Source: Candidatus Aldehydirespirator sp. (GTDB taxonomy: Bacteria; Actinomycetota; Acidimicrobiia; Acidimicrobiales; Aldehydirespiratoraceae). Taken from it: a stretch of 64,000 nt of DNA. This document shows, piece by piece, positions 53,515-62,994 of this stretch. The position numbers and the translations under genes are program-made. Below the pieces are notes generated by a model that saw only the letters and a list, made by a program, of their open reading frames with translations, searched no databases and had not been told where the DNA came from. The DNA is taken from contig OZ241894.1 in NCBI GenBank assembly GCA_965203575.1, positions 2,380,322 through 2,444,321 on the forward strand, read 5' to 3'. Within the stretch, counting starts at the first letter, position 1. Every line of letters starts with the position of its first letter.

Positions 53515-56071
53515 GTCCCTGGATGCTCACTGATTTGGGTGCAGGTTCACCGGATTCCTTGAATCGAGCCGCCAGCGGGGCGGCGATGGTGATGCCGCCG
53601 ATGGTGGGAGGCAGTTGCTGGAAGGAAGTAGGCGTCCCAGCGTGGAGTGGCGAGCCTTTGGTCGGTAGCGGGTTCTCGGGTCTCATCGCCAGACCGAAGG
53701 TGACTTCCGAGGGATTGTGAATGGTGAGGCTCACACTGGCACCTTCATTGATTCCGAGTGCTCGCAGCGCCGGGCCCAGACGACCGATCTCGGGCCCGTG
53801 CATCGAGGTCTTGCGCCAGATGACTGAGATGTCCTGACAGCCGTGCGGTGAGCGGACGGCAGCTGTGGTCTTGGTTCCGAAGTAGCAACCCAGCGCGGCC
53901 GCGACGGACGGTGGAACGCTGTGAAGGCTGTAGCCGTCGAGGTGCCGGTCGTACACTGAGAACGACCAGTACGGGTCGTCGTTGTCGTCGCGTCCGTCGA
54001 TCACGTCGTCGAGGCGGCCGACATCGATTCCGGTGCCGTCAGCCTCACTCACCCAGCCGTGCTCCACTCGGAACGCGGGCGTGTTCAAGTACGCCCAGAC
54101 GCTTCCCTCGTTCACTCCGAAGAGGCGGGGAAGCTCGTCAAGAACGCGGTTGAGGCGGGTTGATCCTCCGTCCTCGTTGATGCGCTGCACGATCTCGGCG
54201 GGAATGCCCTCGTAGATGTCGTCTATCCACTCCCGCAGGCCCCAGCGGTGCTTGTCAGCTCGGGCGACTGAGGGGATGTTCGACAGTGCGCCGGCCACCT
54301 GTCGTTCGGACAGGCTGGACTCCTGGGCGAGTTCTGCCTTGGTGGCGGGCGAGCCGATCTTGAGCAGAGCAGCCTTGACCCGGGCTCGAACCGTAGCTCG
54401 GGGCGCGACGTGATCGAACAGGCAGTGCCATCCGATCCAGCGTGTGAGCAGCTCTGAGTGGTCGTGCCACTCGGGGGCGAGCGCACTCCGTAGCCGATCG
54501 GTGGAAATCAGGCCAGCATCGTCTACGAGCTCGTCGACAGCGCCCTTCAGTGCCTCAGCAGCCTCTACAGCCGCAGGGCTGAGGCAGAGTCCCTCGCGGC
54601 ACTCGTAGCCGAGCATGGCGCCTAGCATTCTGCGAGCCACGAGAAGGGCTTGCTGCGCCACCTCGTCTTCGGGCTTAGGAAGTAGCTCAGTCGTCGTAGT
54701 CTCGGTCTCGAGAACTGTCGTCACTTCACCGAGACGCTGATAAGCGATCAATTCGAGAATCCTGAGGGCCGGACCCGCGGCATCTTCCAGTTGCTCCTGA
54801 GCCTTGCGGGCGATCTGACGAATTCGCTCTCGTGACAGTCCTACGCGCTCTGCGAGTTCCGCGAGCGTCATCGGCGAGTCCGATGCAACACGTTCGAGCA
54901 CAGCTAGCCGCTCAATATCGGTCATCTGCGCCAGCGTTGCGCTGACCATCTCGACCGCTCGATCAGTGACCGTGGGGGCATCGATCCCCAGCGGCAGACC
55001 ATCCAGCCCAGCGTCCGCTTCAGCTGCCGCGATCAGATCCGATAGATCCAGCCGGAGCAGATCCCCGAAGGTCGTGGCCCCTCGGAATTCAGCGGCAGCG
55101 GCAGCGATCAGCTCGACCGCGTCGGAATGCAGGACCGCTTCGGGAATTGTTCGGTGCTGAAACGTGACCTCAGCGTGCGCTGAGGCTTCGGCGGTCTGGG
55201 CCGTGCCGACTGCAGCCGCCGGCCATTCGAAGTTCTCGGCTGCCTCGAGTACACACATCAGGTCAAGTAGCGACGCGATCCCAAAGCTGGGCAGACGCAT
55301 CAACTGCCCGAGCGTTGCCTCGGAGAGCGCCCCGCTAGTCAAGCCGGCGCGAAGACAATTGCGTGTCCGGTTCGCAAGCGGCAGGCGGTCAAGTTCGTCG
55401 ACGTCCAAGTGGGGCGGGAGTACCTTGAGACCCTCGGGCGGCAGCATTCTCATGGCCATGTCACGCAGCAACCAGGCCGACACAGCCTGGACGGGCTCGT
55501 TGTAGTGCTCCCAGAAGCGTGCCAGGTCCCGAACATGCCGAGTCGCCGGGTAGGCGCTCGTGAACTCCCGCGGGAGCGTCTTGTGACCATGAGACACCAG
55601 ATACCAGCGCGGTAGAAGGGGGGTGGGCGGGCTGCCCCAAGGTGCTGGCGGGTCGCTGGATGCAATGGAGGGCAAGTCGTCCGCAGGAACGTCGAAATGC
55701 TGAGGCTCAGCGGTCGGCTCACGATTCCTTGAGGCCCCATTCAGCCGCAGCGCGACGCGTCGCCGGCCGGTGACGACTAGATCGACCGACTGTTCGGAGC
55801 AGGCCCCGATGTTCTTCAGAGGCTCGGCGATACTGAGTACGACCGTTCGTGGCGGATCGCCCTCTTCCAAGCAGACCGTCAGTTTGCGGCAACCCATAGG
55901 ATCCTCGACCGCGACGCGAGTGAGCGCGCCGGGCTTGCAGCCGAGTTGGGCGGCGACCTCCTTGGGGAAGGCGACCCGACGGTTGTCCTGAAGGAGGGCG
56001 TCGGTTACTCGGAACGTCCAGGCTGGATTGCCGTCGGTATCCCTCCGCGTTGATGCGACCGCGCTTCTCAT
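53501..56071 (-). CDS. 856-aa multi-HTH protein: related N- and C-terminal ~90-aa domains, RpoA-alphaCTD-like HhH, sigma-70 region-4-like HTH, winged-helix segment
   Basis: ATG 56071 forms an ATGA overlap with the sspD-like stop. NRTRNCLRAGLTSGALSEATLGQLMRLPSFGIASLLDL (alpha-CTD-like). MTLAELAERVGLSRERIRQIARKAQEQL (sigma r4-like). Terminal domains share W(T/S)FxVxD...(F/V)PxxVAAxLGC..G..T..AV..P.GC. The track's extra 121 N-terminal codons overlap sspD out of frame and are rejected. Confidence 0.7.
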   Translation of the reverse strand: MRSAVASTRRDTDGNPAWTFRVTDALLQDNRRVAFPKEVAAQLGCKPGALTRVAVEDPMGCRKLTVCLEEGDPPRTVVLSIAEPLKNIGACSEQSVDLVVTGRRRVALRLNGASRNREPTAEPQHFDVPADDLPSIASSDPPAPWGSPPTPLLPRWYLVSHGHKTLPREFTSAYPATRHVRDLARFWEHYNEPVQAVSAWLLRDMAMRMLPPEGLKVLPPHLDVDELDRLPLANRTRNCLRAGLTSGALSEATLGQLMRLPSFGIASLLDLMCVLEAAENFEWPAAAVGTAQTAEASAHAEVTFQHRTIPEAVLHSDAVELIAAAAAEFRGATTFGDLLRLDLSDLIAAAEADAGLDGLPLGIDAPTVTDRAVEMVSATLAQMTDIERLAVLERVASDSPMTLAELAERVGLSRERIRQIARKAQEQLEDAAGPALRILELIAYQRLGEVTTVLETETTTTELLPKPEDEVAQQALLVARRMLGAMLGYECREGLCLSPAAVEAAEALKGAVDELVDDAGLISTDRLRSALAPEWHDHSELLTRWIGWHCLFDHVAPRATVRARVKAALLKIGSPATKAELAQESSLSERQVAGALSNIPSVARADKHRWGLREWIDDIYEGIPAEIVQRINEDGGSTRLNRVLDELPRLFGVNEGSVWAYLNTPAFRVEHGWVSEADGTGIDVGRLDDVIDGRDDNDDPYWSFSVYDRHLDGYSLHSVPPSVAAALGCYFGTKTTAAVRSPHGCQDISVIWRKTSMHGPEIGRLGPALRALGINEGASVSLTIHNPSEVTFGLAMRPENPLPTKGSPLHAGTPTSFQQLPPTIGGITIAAPLAARFKESGEPAPKSVSIQGHDRI

Positions 56072-56925
56072 AGGGCGCAGACTGTGCAGGGTTCGGTGTC
56101 GTCTTCTTCGTTGAAGGCGTCGGCTAGGGCTTCGATCAGGGGGAGGTTGGCCCTGGTCTTGCTGGCGCGGGCCATGGCGGTCTCGTGGCGTTCGAGGATC
56201 TGGTCGCGGCGGTTGCGGAGCTGGACAAGGGTCTCGCCGCCGGACCAGGTGTACTGGCGGCCTCGCATGGCTCGGTCGCCGAAGTCGGCGTCGCCGTCGA
56301 CGCCGGCGTCCTGGAGGACCTTCTGCTCGATGGCCACCGCCCGCTCGAACAGGTCCGGGTGGCGCTCGGCGAGGCCGATCCACTCGGCCTTGCGCTGGTA
56401 GAAGCAGAAATAGCAGCCCGAGCGGGTCCGCCACTCGTAGTAGGCGGGCAGGCCGATCCCGGCATCGTCTAGGAGCCTCAGCACCTTCGCATGGTCGATG
56501 CCGTCCTCCACGAACGGGAAGCGGGTCTTGATGTTGGGCTTGGTGGAGACGTAGCCCTTGCGGTTCGACTCGTCCGCCCGGATCGCCACGTACGACACCG
56601 CCGGGGCGTCACCGATCCACTCCTCGATCGGCTTGATCTTCATGTTCTTGGTGCACCACCGCATCTGCGGCGACGGCAGCGCCCCCCTGAACACCTCGAA
56701 CCAGTGGTCGAAGCCCCGCGACGCGTTGAGCCTGACGATCGGCCGGCCCAGGATCACCTCCAGGCGGGTCAAGTACTCGTAGGTCTCGGGCAGCTCCGCA
56801 CCGGTGTCGCAGAAGAAGTACTCCATCTCCGGCACGCGGTCCCGCATATACACCGCCAAGGCGCTGGAGTCCTTCCCGCCCGAGATCCCGCAGATGTGGC
56901 GCACCGGCGCCTCCGGCTCACCCAC
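56068..56925 (-). CDS. sspD: PP-loop ATP pyrophosphatase, PAPS-reductase family (SspD/DndC-like)
   Basis: ICGISGGKDSSAL (SGGxDS PP-loop); 285 aa (short, SspD-like rather than full DndC); 8-nt overlap with the upstream ATPase gene. Confidence 0.75.
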   Translation of the reverse strand: MGEPEAPVRHICGISGGKDSSALAVYMRDRVPEMEYFFCDTGAELPETYEYLTRLEVILGRPIVRLNASRGFDHWFEVFRGALPSPQMRWCTKNMKIKPIEEWIGDAPAVSYVAIRADESNRKGYVSTKPNIKTRFPFVEDGIDHAKVLRLLDDAGIGLPAYYEWRTRSGCYFCFYQRKAEWIGLAERHPDLFERAVAIEQKVLQDAGVDGDADFGDRAMRGRQYTWSGGETLVQLRNRRDQILERHETAMARASKTRANLPLIEALADAFNEEDDTEPCTVCAL

Positions 56926-59900
56926 CGGCCACCCTCCTTCGCGCCGCGCCGACCGGGCTCTCGTCAGCGGGAGCCGAGCTGAGGTCGCTGGCTCGGGACT
57001 CGGGCAGCAGGCGCTCGCTCAGCAGCGCCAGGAGGCTCTGGTGGGCGGTCAGGGCCGAGCCCGTGATCTGTGCCAGATCGGCCAGCACCTCTTCCAGCGC
57101 GTCCTCCAGCTCGGGTCGGCGCCTGCCGTCGATGCCCACCAGGCGGATGTACTCGCTTCCGTCGGAGCGGGTGACGGTCACGCGCAGCGCGTCGAACGGG
57201 CCCCTGCCGTCGGCACGGCGCTCCGCGTGCAGGGCGACCAGCCGATGGAACGCCGCCAGTCTCTCGGGCAGCTCGCGGTCGAAGCGCAGCCGGTCGTCGT
57301 CGGTCCATTCCGCAGGGGCCTTGCGGGCCACGACAGTGGCGACCGCCGCCATCCAGGCCGCGTCCGACTCGACGCCGTCGTTGGCCAGGGCGAGCACGAA
57401 CGCCCTTACCTCGGGGTCGAGGACCTCGTCGCCGAGCAGAGCGGCCTCGCCCGTCACCGGCATCCGGCTGCCCGCTCCGCAAGCGTCGAGCAGCGACTCC
57501 ATCAGACCGTCCAAGAGTCGATCCAGGCTCGACTCCAGCTCGGCCAGAGCGGCTGCGACCGCCCTCGCGAATTCGGCTGCGAACTCACAACCGGTCGCGT
57601 CCGCAGCCACGGGGCGGAAGCCCAGCGCTCGGGGCAGGTCGGTGAACAGCAACTCGTCGGGCTCGACTGCTTCGGTCAGAGCGTCCCGCACGGCTCGCGA
57701 CTCGGCGCTCACGCTGCTCGTGCGGCGTGCGTAGTTCTCGAGTCGGCTGATCCGCAGGACAAGGCTGGTGACCACGGCGAGAACATTCGCCACTCGTCGT
57801 TTGCCCCCTCCGATCCGGTGCTCAGCGCGTGTGCGAGCCAGTGCAGGCTGCGAGTGATCCCCGGCGTCCACCGAGAGTCCCAACTGCTCGGTGAGAGCCT
57901 CCACGACCATGAGCCGCCCGCCGCTGGCGTTGGCGAAGTGCTTGACATCGAAGTGGCCCGGATTGCGCACCATCCGCTCGGAGACCTCGGGTGACAGAAC
58001 CGGCTTGAACGTTCCGTGCTCGTAGATGGCGACCTCGTCGCGGAAGGCCAGCAGACCCGCAGTGACGAAGACGGGTACCACCGCAGCCTTCATGCCGACA
58101 GGGGGCGAACGCAGCGCGGCGTGGACGCTGTTCAGGTTGATCCGCCGGTCGGTCGAGCGCCGGAACTCGCCCTCGAGGATCTCCCAAGCGGGCTTGAGCG
58201 TCTCATCGGCGGGCGGTCCGAAGGACATGGTGCCGCCGCGGGGATCGACGGCGTGAAGCCCGGTCCGCAGCAGGAACGCTCGATACATAGCCGTCTCCGG
58301 GCCGTATCCCTCGAATCCCAGATCGGCGATGCCGGACTCGCCGCGTTCGATCATGGCTTCCAGGAGCAGGCGGCGCGACTTGGCTCCCTGGGAGGTGAGT
58401 TCGCTCCGGTTGAGCATCTCATTGCCAACCACGGGGGTGGACGGGTAGGCGATGTCCGCGGCCGATGACAGGGCGGCGCTGCCCCGCCCGCCGGCCAGTT
58501 CGGTTGGGCCTGCGCCGTCCTCGCCCCCCAGCAGGATCCAACGGCAGGATTCGGCGCCGAACGTGTCGGCCAGGGCCTGATCGAAGGCGACTCGGGTCTG
58601 CGCCAGCCGCTCGCCCAACTCGCGCCGCGCCACCTGGTCCTCGGCTACCGCGGGGTCGTCGAGCACCGAAGCCACTGCGGCGATCTCCCGGGCGGCCGCG
58701 TCGAGCGCCGACACATCCCGGGGCAGCGCCGCCACCACCGGCTTGGACCCGTCCACGGATTGGGCGACGGTCGGCGGGCGGCCCGAAGGGTCGACAACGA
58801 GGAGCGCCTCGCCGTCGTAGGGGGAGAACGGCTCGGGAGCCGTGGCCTGCTCGCCCGCTTCGGCATAACGCCGGCGGAAGACGCGCAACACATCGTGCTC
58901 CGCGCTGTGGCGCGCCGCCACGACCGGCTCCGGCCGGTCGGTCTCCGCCACCATCCCAGCGAGCGGCCTGCGCTGCATTCTCTGACGGGCGGAGTCGAGG
59001 AGCAGACCGACGTCGACGTCGCTGCCCTGCCATATCCGGTACTCGTCGGCGAAGTCCCGGAAAGTGACGATCCCCATGCTCTCCAGATCGGCGAGAGCGG
59101 CGTGGGCGCCCCTGCCGGACATCTCCAGGACCTGCCGGGACGCCCGGATGGTCCCCGTCGTGGACACCAGGTTCAACAGAGCGACGGACTTGGCCGTGCG
59201 GGCCTGCGACGGCGTGAGGCCATGGGTGTCGCGCAGCCGGGTGGCGACCTCACTCCAGCGGCTCGACTGGCGCGCCGAGGAGATGCTGAGGGCGCCGCTC
59301 GCTACGAAGTAGTCGTACACCGCTTCGAGGCCAAGGGACGGCAGCGGCCCCCTCGCCGGAAGGTTCGCAGCGCTGAGGAACGACAGGACGCCCGCAGGGT
59401 GCGGGCCGGCGAGGAAGGAGAAGAGCGTTCGTTCGTGCTGGCCGTAGCGGCTGCACAATTCGGGCAGCACGAGCGCCGCCAGCGGGTGAAGCGGGTAGCA
59501 GGCGGCCAGGACGGTCGGGTCGGCGAGGTCCGCGATGCCCAAGGCACGCATCTTCCGGGCGTGCGAGCGCGCCCAGCGGTCGATGCGGGTCCGGAGGTGT
59601 TCGTCGCGGACGTCGAACACGGTGCCGATGAGGGATCGGGTCTGCCCGGCCGAGTCCACGAAGGACACGTCCTCGAAACGGCCCTGCACCTTGGCCCACT
59701 CACGGCGCTGAGCGCTGTCGGCGCTGGCCAGGCAGTCGTCGAGGGACACGTGCTGCAGAGTGACCACGAAGATCGGCAGTCCCGATCCCTGGCCGGCCTC
59801 CGCGAGACGTTGCAGCAGATACGGATCCGCGCCGTGTCCGTCACGAACGGCTTCTAGGTTCTTGCCGAACTCGTCGATGATCAGCAGCAGCGGCGCGTCC

Positions 59901-60477
59901 TCGGCCAGCCGGCGCGCGATATCAACCAGGATCGAGGGTGAAGGGCCGCCTCCCCGGATGTCGTCGTGAGCGGTGTCCTCCAGGGAGCGGATCAGCTCTG
60001 GAGCGTCACCGAGGCAATCCGCAGGGGGGGGGTCTGGTCGTCGCGGAGAACGGCGGATTGCAGGGCGCGCAGCACTGTGCGGGCCAGCGGCTCGCGCTCC
60101 GCGGTGACGAGCGCGCGGGTAAAGCCGCGGTTCAGGGTTCCGTGGCGCCGGTGGGCCCTCCGGATCAGGTCGCCCGATGCGTCCGACGCGTCGTCGATGA
60201 TCCCGAGGGCTGAGCGCCGGAGCTGCGAGCGGCCGCCGAAGGCCGCGTCCAGCAGCAGGGCGAGCGACGACTTACCCGATCCGTACGGACCGGTGAGCGA
60301 CCAGGCACCGCCCGCGGGTCCCGTCGCTGCGGTAGTTGCGATGCGCTCGACCACATCGAGGCCTCGGGCGGTGAGGACGTATCCGTCCAGCGGTTCGGGC
60401 CGGGCGAGGTCGCGCTCGAGGTTCGCCGAGCGGGCGAACCGGCCGCTGACCGAGATGGCGTCACCAAGGGTCGGCAT
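56918..60477 (-). pseudogene. sspC: ~1187-aa P-loop NTPase (SspC-like) split by a frameshift in a C9 (G9 on + strand) tract
   Basis: 5' part 60477..59992 carries GPYGSGKSS (Walker A). The frame shifts at 60024-60032. By hand translation the downstream frame is open from at least 60059 and reads ...PPPADCLGDAPELIRSLEDTAHDDIRGGGPSPSILVDIARRLAEDAPLLLIIDEFGKNLE... (Walker B), joining the 949-aa ORF. One extra C would fuse both parts. Confidence 0.75.
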
Positions 60478-61532
60478 CAGCCGGCTCCCGCCAGGGCGTG
60501 CAGGCTCCGGAGGCTGTCTGTGGAGTTGCGGCCTGCGCCGAGGTCCTCGAGAAGGTTGTCGTCCACCGCCAGATCCCCGATGCAGCCGGCGCACACTTCC
60601 GTCGCCGACGAGCCGTAGTAGTCGTTCAGGACCGCCGTCGCGATCTCTGCCGGGTCGCCCGAGCAGGCGAAGTGCCACGCCCCGGCCGGGGATGCGAGGC
60701 TCAGCCCTTCCGTTCGATCCACGGCAGGCTTGACCGCGGCCAGGAGCTCCGTCTCGTTCAGTTTGAACGCTCGGCCGGGCGCTCCGGGCTCGTGGGCCAG
60801 GCGGCTGAGCGTGACGGTCCTGCCGCCGCTGCCGGTGCGTTCGATGTAGTCGAGCACGGCGTGGACGGCAACCTCGGACGGCAGGGTCGGCTTGGGTCCC
60901 AGCGTGAAGCGAGGCAGTCCCGTTGCGGGAGACCGCCGCAGCAGGTTCAGTTCCCGCAGCGGGCAGTCCAGCAGGTCGTCCACGCTGATGCGGCGGGAAT
61001 GCTCCGACGGCGCATAGGTGCGCAGCAGGGCGCCGACGTCCTTCCTGACCGACGACTCGTGCGGCGCGGCCCAGTCCGCGGAGGCCTCCAGCTGCGTGGA
61101 GACCGCCCCGGCGAGGTCGGTGTCGCTGAACTCGACCGCGTTGAACTCGTTGAACGCGAGCCACCAGACCGGCAGACGCGAGGGCGGCGCCAGCAGCAGC
61201 CAGTGCAACAGCCAGAGCGTTCCGGGATCCTCCATGTAGGGGTCCCAGCCCTGCTCACCGAAGAGCGCGTGGCCGCGGCGGGTGGGCACGAACTGTGGCG
61301 CCCTGCGGTTCGGGGAGTGGGGATCCTCAGTGATGACCTTGGCGGCGAGGCCCCAGAAGCGGATGGCGCGCACCATGTTCTTGCCCACGCCTATTACCAC
61401 CGGCGCGTCCGGCCGCCCGAACGTGTAAGGATCGGCGGCTGCGACCGCATAGGCCTTGCGGAACCAGCCGAAGCGGGGGTGGAAGGTCTCGTGCCGGGCG
61501 AATGAGCGAACGGCAGCGTCCGGCAACCTCAT
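60477..61532 (-). CDS. sspB: DUF4007-like protein (SspB-like)
   Basis: N-terminal MRLPDAAVRSFARHETFHPRFGWFRKAY matches the HETF..R.GW..K signature I recall for DUF4007/SspB. ATG 61532 has a gggag RBS 8 nt upstream (GTG 61571 alternative). Its stop shares a base with the sspC-like ATG. Confidence 0.65.
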   Translation of the reverse strand: MRLPDAAVRSFARHETFHPRFGWFRKAYAVAAADPYTFGRPDAPVVIGVGKNMVRAIRFWGLAAKVITEDPHSPNRRAPQFVPTRRGHALFGEQGWDPYMEDPGTLWLLHWLLLAPPSRLPVWWLAFNEFNAVEFSDTDLAGAVSTQLEASADWAAPHESSVRKDVGALLRTYAPSEHSRRISVDDLLDCPLRELNLLRRSPATGLPRFTLGPKPTLPSEVAVHAVLDYIERTGSGGRTVTLSRLAHEPGAPGRAFKLNETELLAAVKPAVDRTEGLSLASPAGAWHFACSGDPAEIATAVLNDYYGSSATEVCAGCIGDLAVDDNLLEDLGAGRNSTDSLRSLHALAGAG

Positions 61533-61680
61533 TCGCCGGCTCCCGCATTCACGTCGATGAAGATACCGCACCCGTGTGACAGCGACCTGGGTCCTGCAAG
61601 CGAGTCCGTCAGACGGTCTGCCCTACACCCAGTTGGGCATCGGCATCACTGGCGCGACGCGGCGGGCTTGGTTCTGGCGA

Positions 61681-62829
61681 TCAGGTCAGGGCGCGGACAC
61701 GCTTGACGGCAGCGGTGGCGCTCTCTACTGCGGCGTCGACATCAGCCTCGGTGGTGAAGCGGCCGAGACTGAAGCGCACCGACTCGAAGGCGGTCTCATG
61801 GGACCGGCCCATGGCCACGAGAACCTCCGACGGCTCGATCGATCCTGCGCTGCAGGCACTGCCGATGGACACTGCGACAGGGTCCATGTTGGCCATGACC
61901 GCCTCGGCGTCGGCGCCCACGAAGCACAGATTGGCTGTGTTGGGCAGTCGCCTCGACGGGTCGCCGTTCTGCAGCACGCGGGGGAGGCTGGCCTGCAGTT
62001 CGGACACGAGGCGGTCGCGCAGCGCTCCTACAGTCTCGGACTCCCGTTCGCGCTCGTCAGCGGCTATACGGGCGGCGGTACCAAGGCCGACGATGCCAGC
62101 CACGTTGAGCGACCCCGAGCGCAGGCCTCGCTCGTGGCCGCCGCCGTGGAGCAGGGCTTCGAGTTGCCTGAGGCTGTGCCGGGTGCCGACCAATGCGCCC
62201 ACCCCGCCCGGGCCGCAGATCTTGTGCCCGCTCAGCGACACCAGGTCCACGCCCAGCGCCTCCATGTCGAACGGCAGGCGTCCCGCCATCTGGGTGGCGT
62301 CACAGTGGAACAGCGCGCCCGCAGCGTGTACCCGCTCCGCGATCTCACCCGCCGGGTTCAGAACGCCGGTCTCACTGTTGGCTGCCATGACCGACACAAG
62401 CACAACATCGTCGCCGACCATCTCTTCCACGGTGGCCGGCTCGACGAAGCCACCTGCGGTCACCTCGATCACATCCAGCTTCACCAGGCCATAGTCGGCG
62501 AGCCACCTCGCCGTACCTGCCACCGAAGCGTGCTCTACCGCGGAGACGAGCATCCTTTGCCTGTTTTGGGGGGCGGCCTCAAGGGCACCCTGCAGAGCCA
62601 GGTTGTTGGCCTCGGTCGCTCCCGAAGTGAACACGACCCCCGATGCGCGCCCGCCCACCAGAGCCGCTACGTGTTCACGGGCATCGTCCACCGCGGCCGC
62701 CTGTCTGCGTCCGAAGCGATGGACTGACGAGGCGTTGCCGACCGAGTCGGTCAGGATCGGCATCATCGCCTCCGCCACCCGCGGGTCGAGCGGAGACGAT
62801 GCGTTGTAGTCGAGATAGACCTCCCTCAC
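61681..62829 (-). CDS. sspA: class V cysteine desulfurase (SspA/DndA/IscS-like)
   Basis: SLSGHKICGP (PLP Lys), GSACSAGS (persulfide Cys) and HGGGHERGLRSG. GTG start with ggaggtggc RBS. Confidence 0.8.
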   Translation of the reverse strand: MREVYLDYNASSPLDPRVAEAMMPILTDSVGNASSVHRFGRRQAAAVDDAREHVAALVGGRASGVVFTSGATEANNLALQGALEAAPQNRQRMLVSAVEHASVAGTARWLADYGLVKLDVIEVTAGGFVEPATVEEMVGDDVVLVSVMAANSETGVLNPAGEIAERVHAAGALFHCDATQMAGRLPFDMEALGVDLVSLSGHKICGPGGVGALVGTRHSLRQLEALLHGGGHERGLRSGSLNVAGIVGLGTAARIAADERERESETVGALRDRLVSELQASLPRVLQNGDPSRRLPNTANLCFVGADAEAVMANMDPVAVSIGSACSAGSIEPSEVLVAMGRSHETAFESVRFSLGRFTTEADVDAAVESATAAVKRVRALT

Positions 62830-62994
62830 GCCACCTCCGGTGCTGTTGCTGTCACTCGCGGGCCTCGCCGACGTTAGCGCTGTTCAGCGGAGCCGGTGCT
62901 GCATAGCCGGTCGTCGGCCGTACCATGCGGTCGTCGCGGTCGGACGGGAGCTCCGGCCGAGCGACCCATCCGCGAGACAAGAGGTGGTGACCTG

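Noticed and set aside
56072-56434. Upstream 121 codons of the 977-aa track ORF 53501..56434
   Set aside because: P/R-rich; overlaps the PP-loop (sspD-like) gene out of frame. ATG 56071 gives the classic ATGA stop/start overlap.
59992-61164. 390-aa track ORF 59992..61164 as a single gene
   Set aside because: Only its last 161 codons (from ATG 60477, Walker A) look real. The upstream part overlaps the DUF4007-like gene out of frame and is R/G/P-rich.
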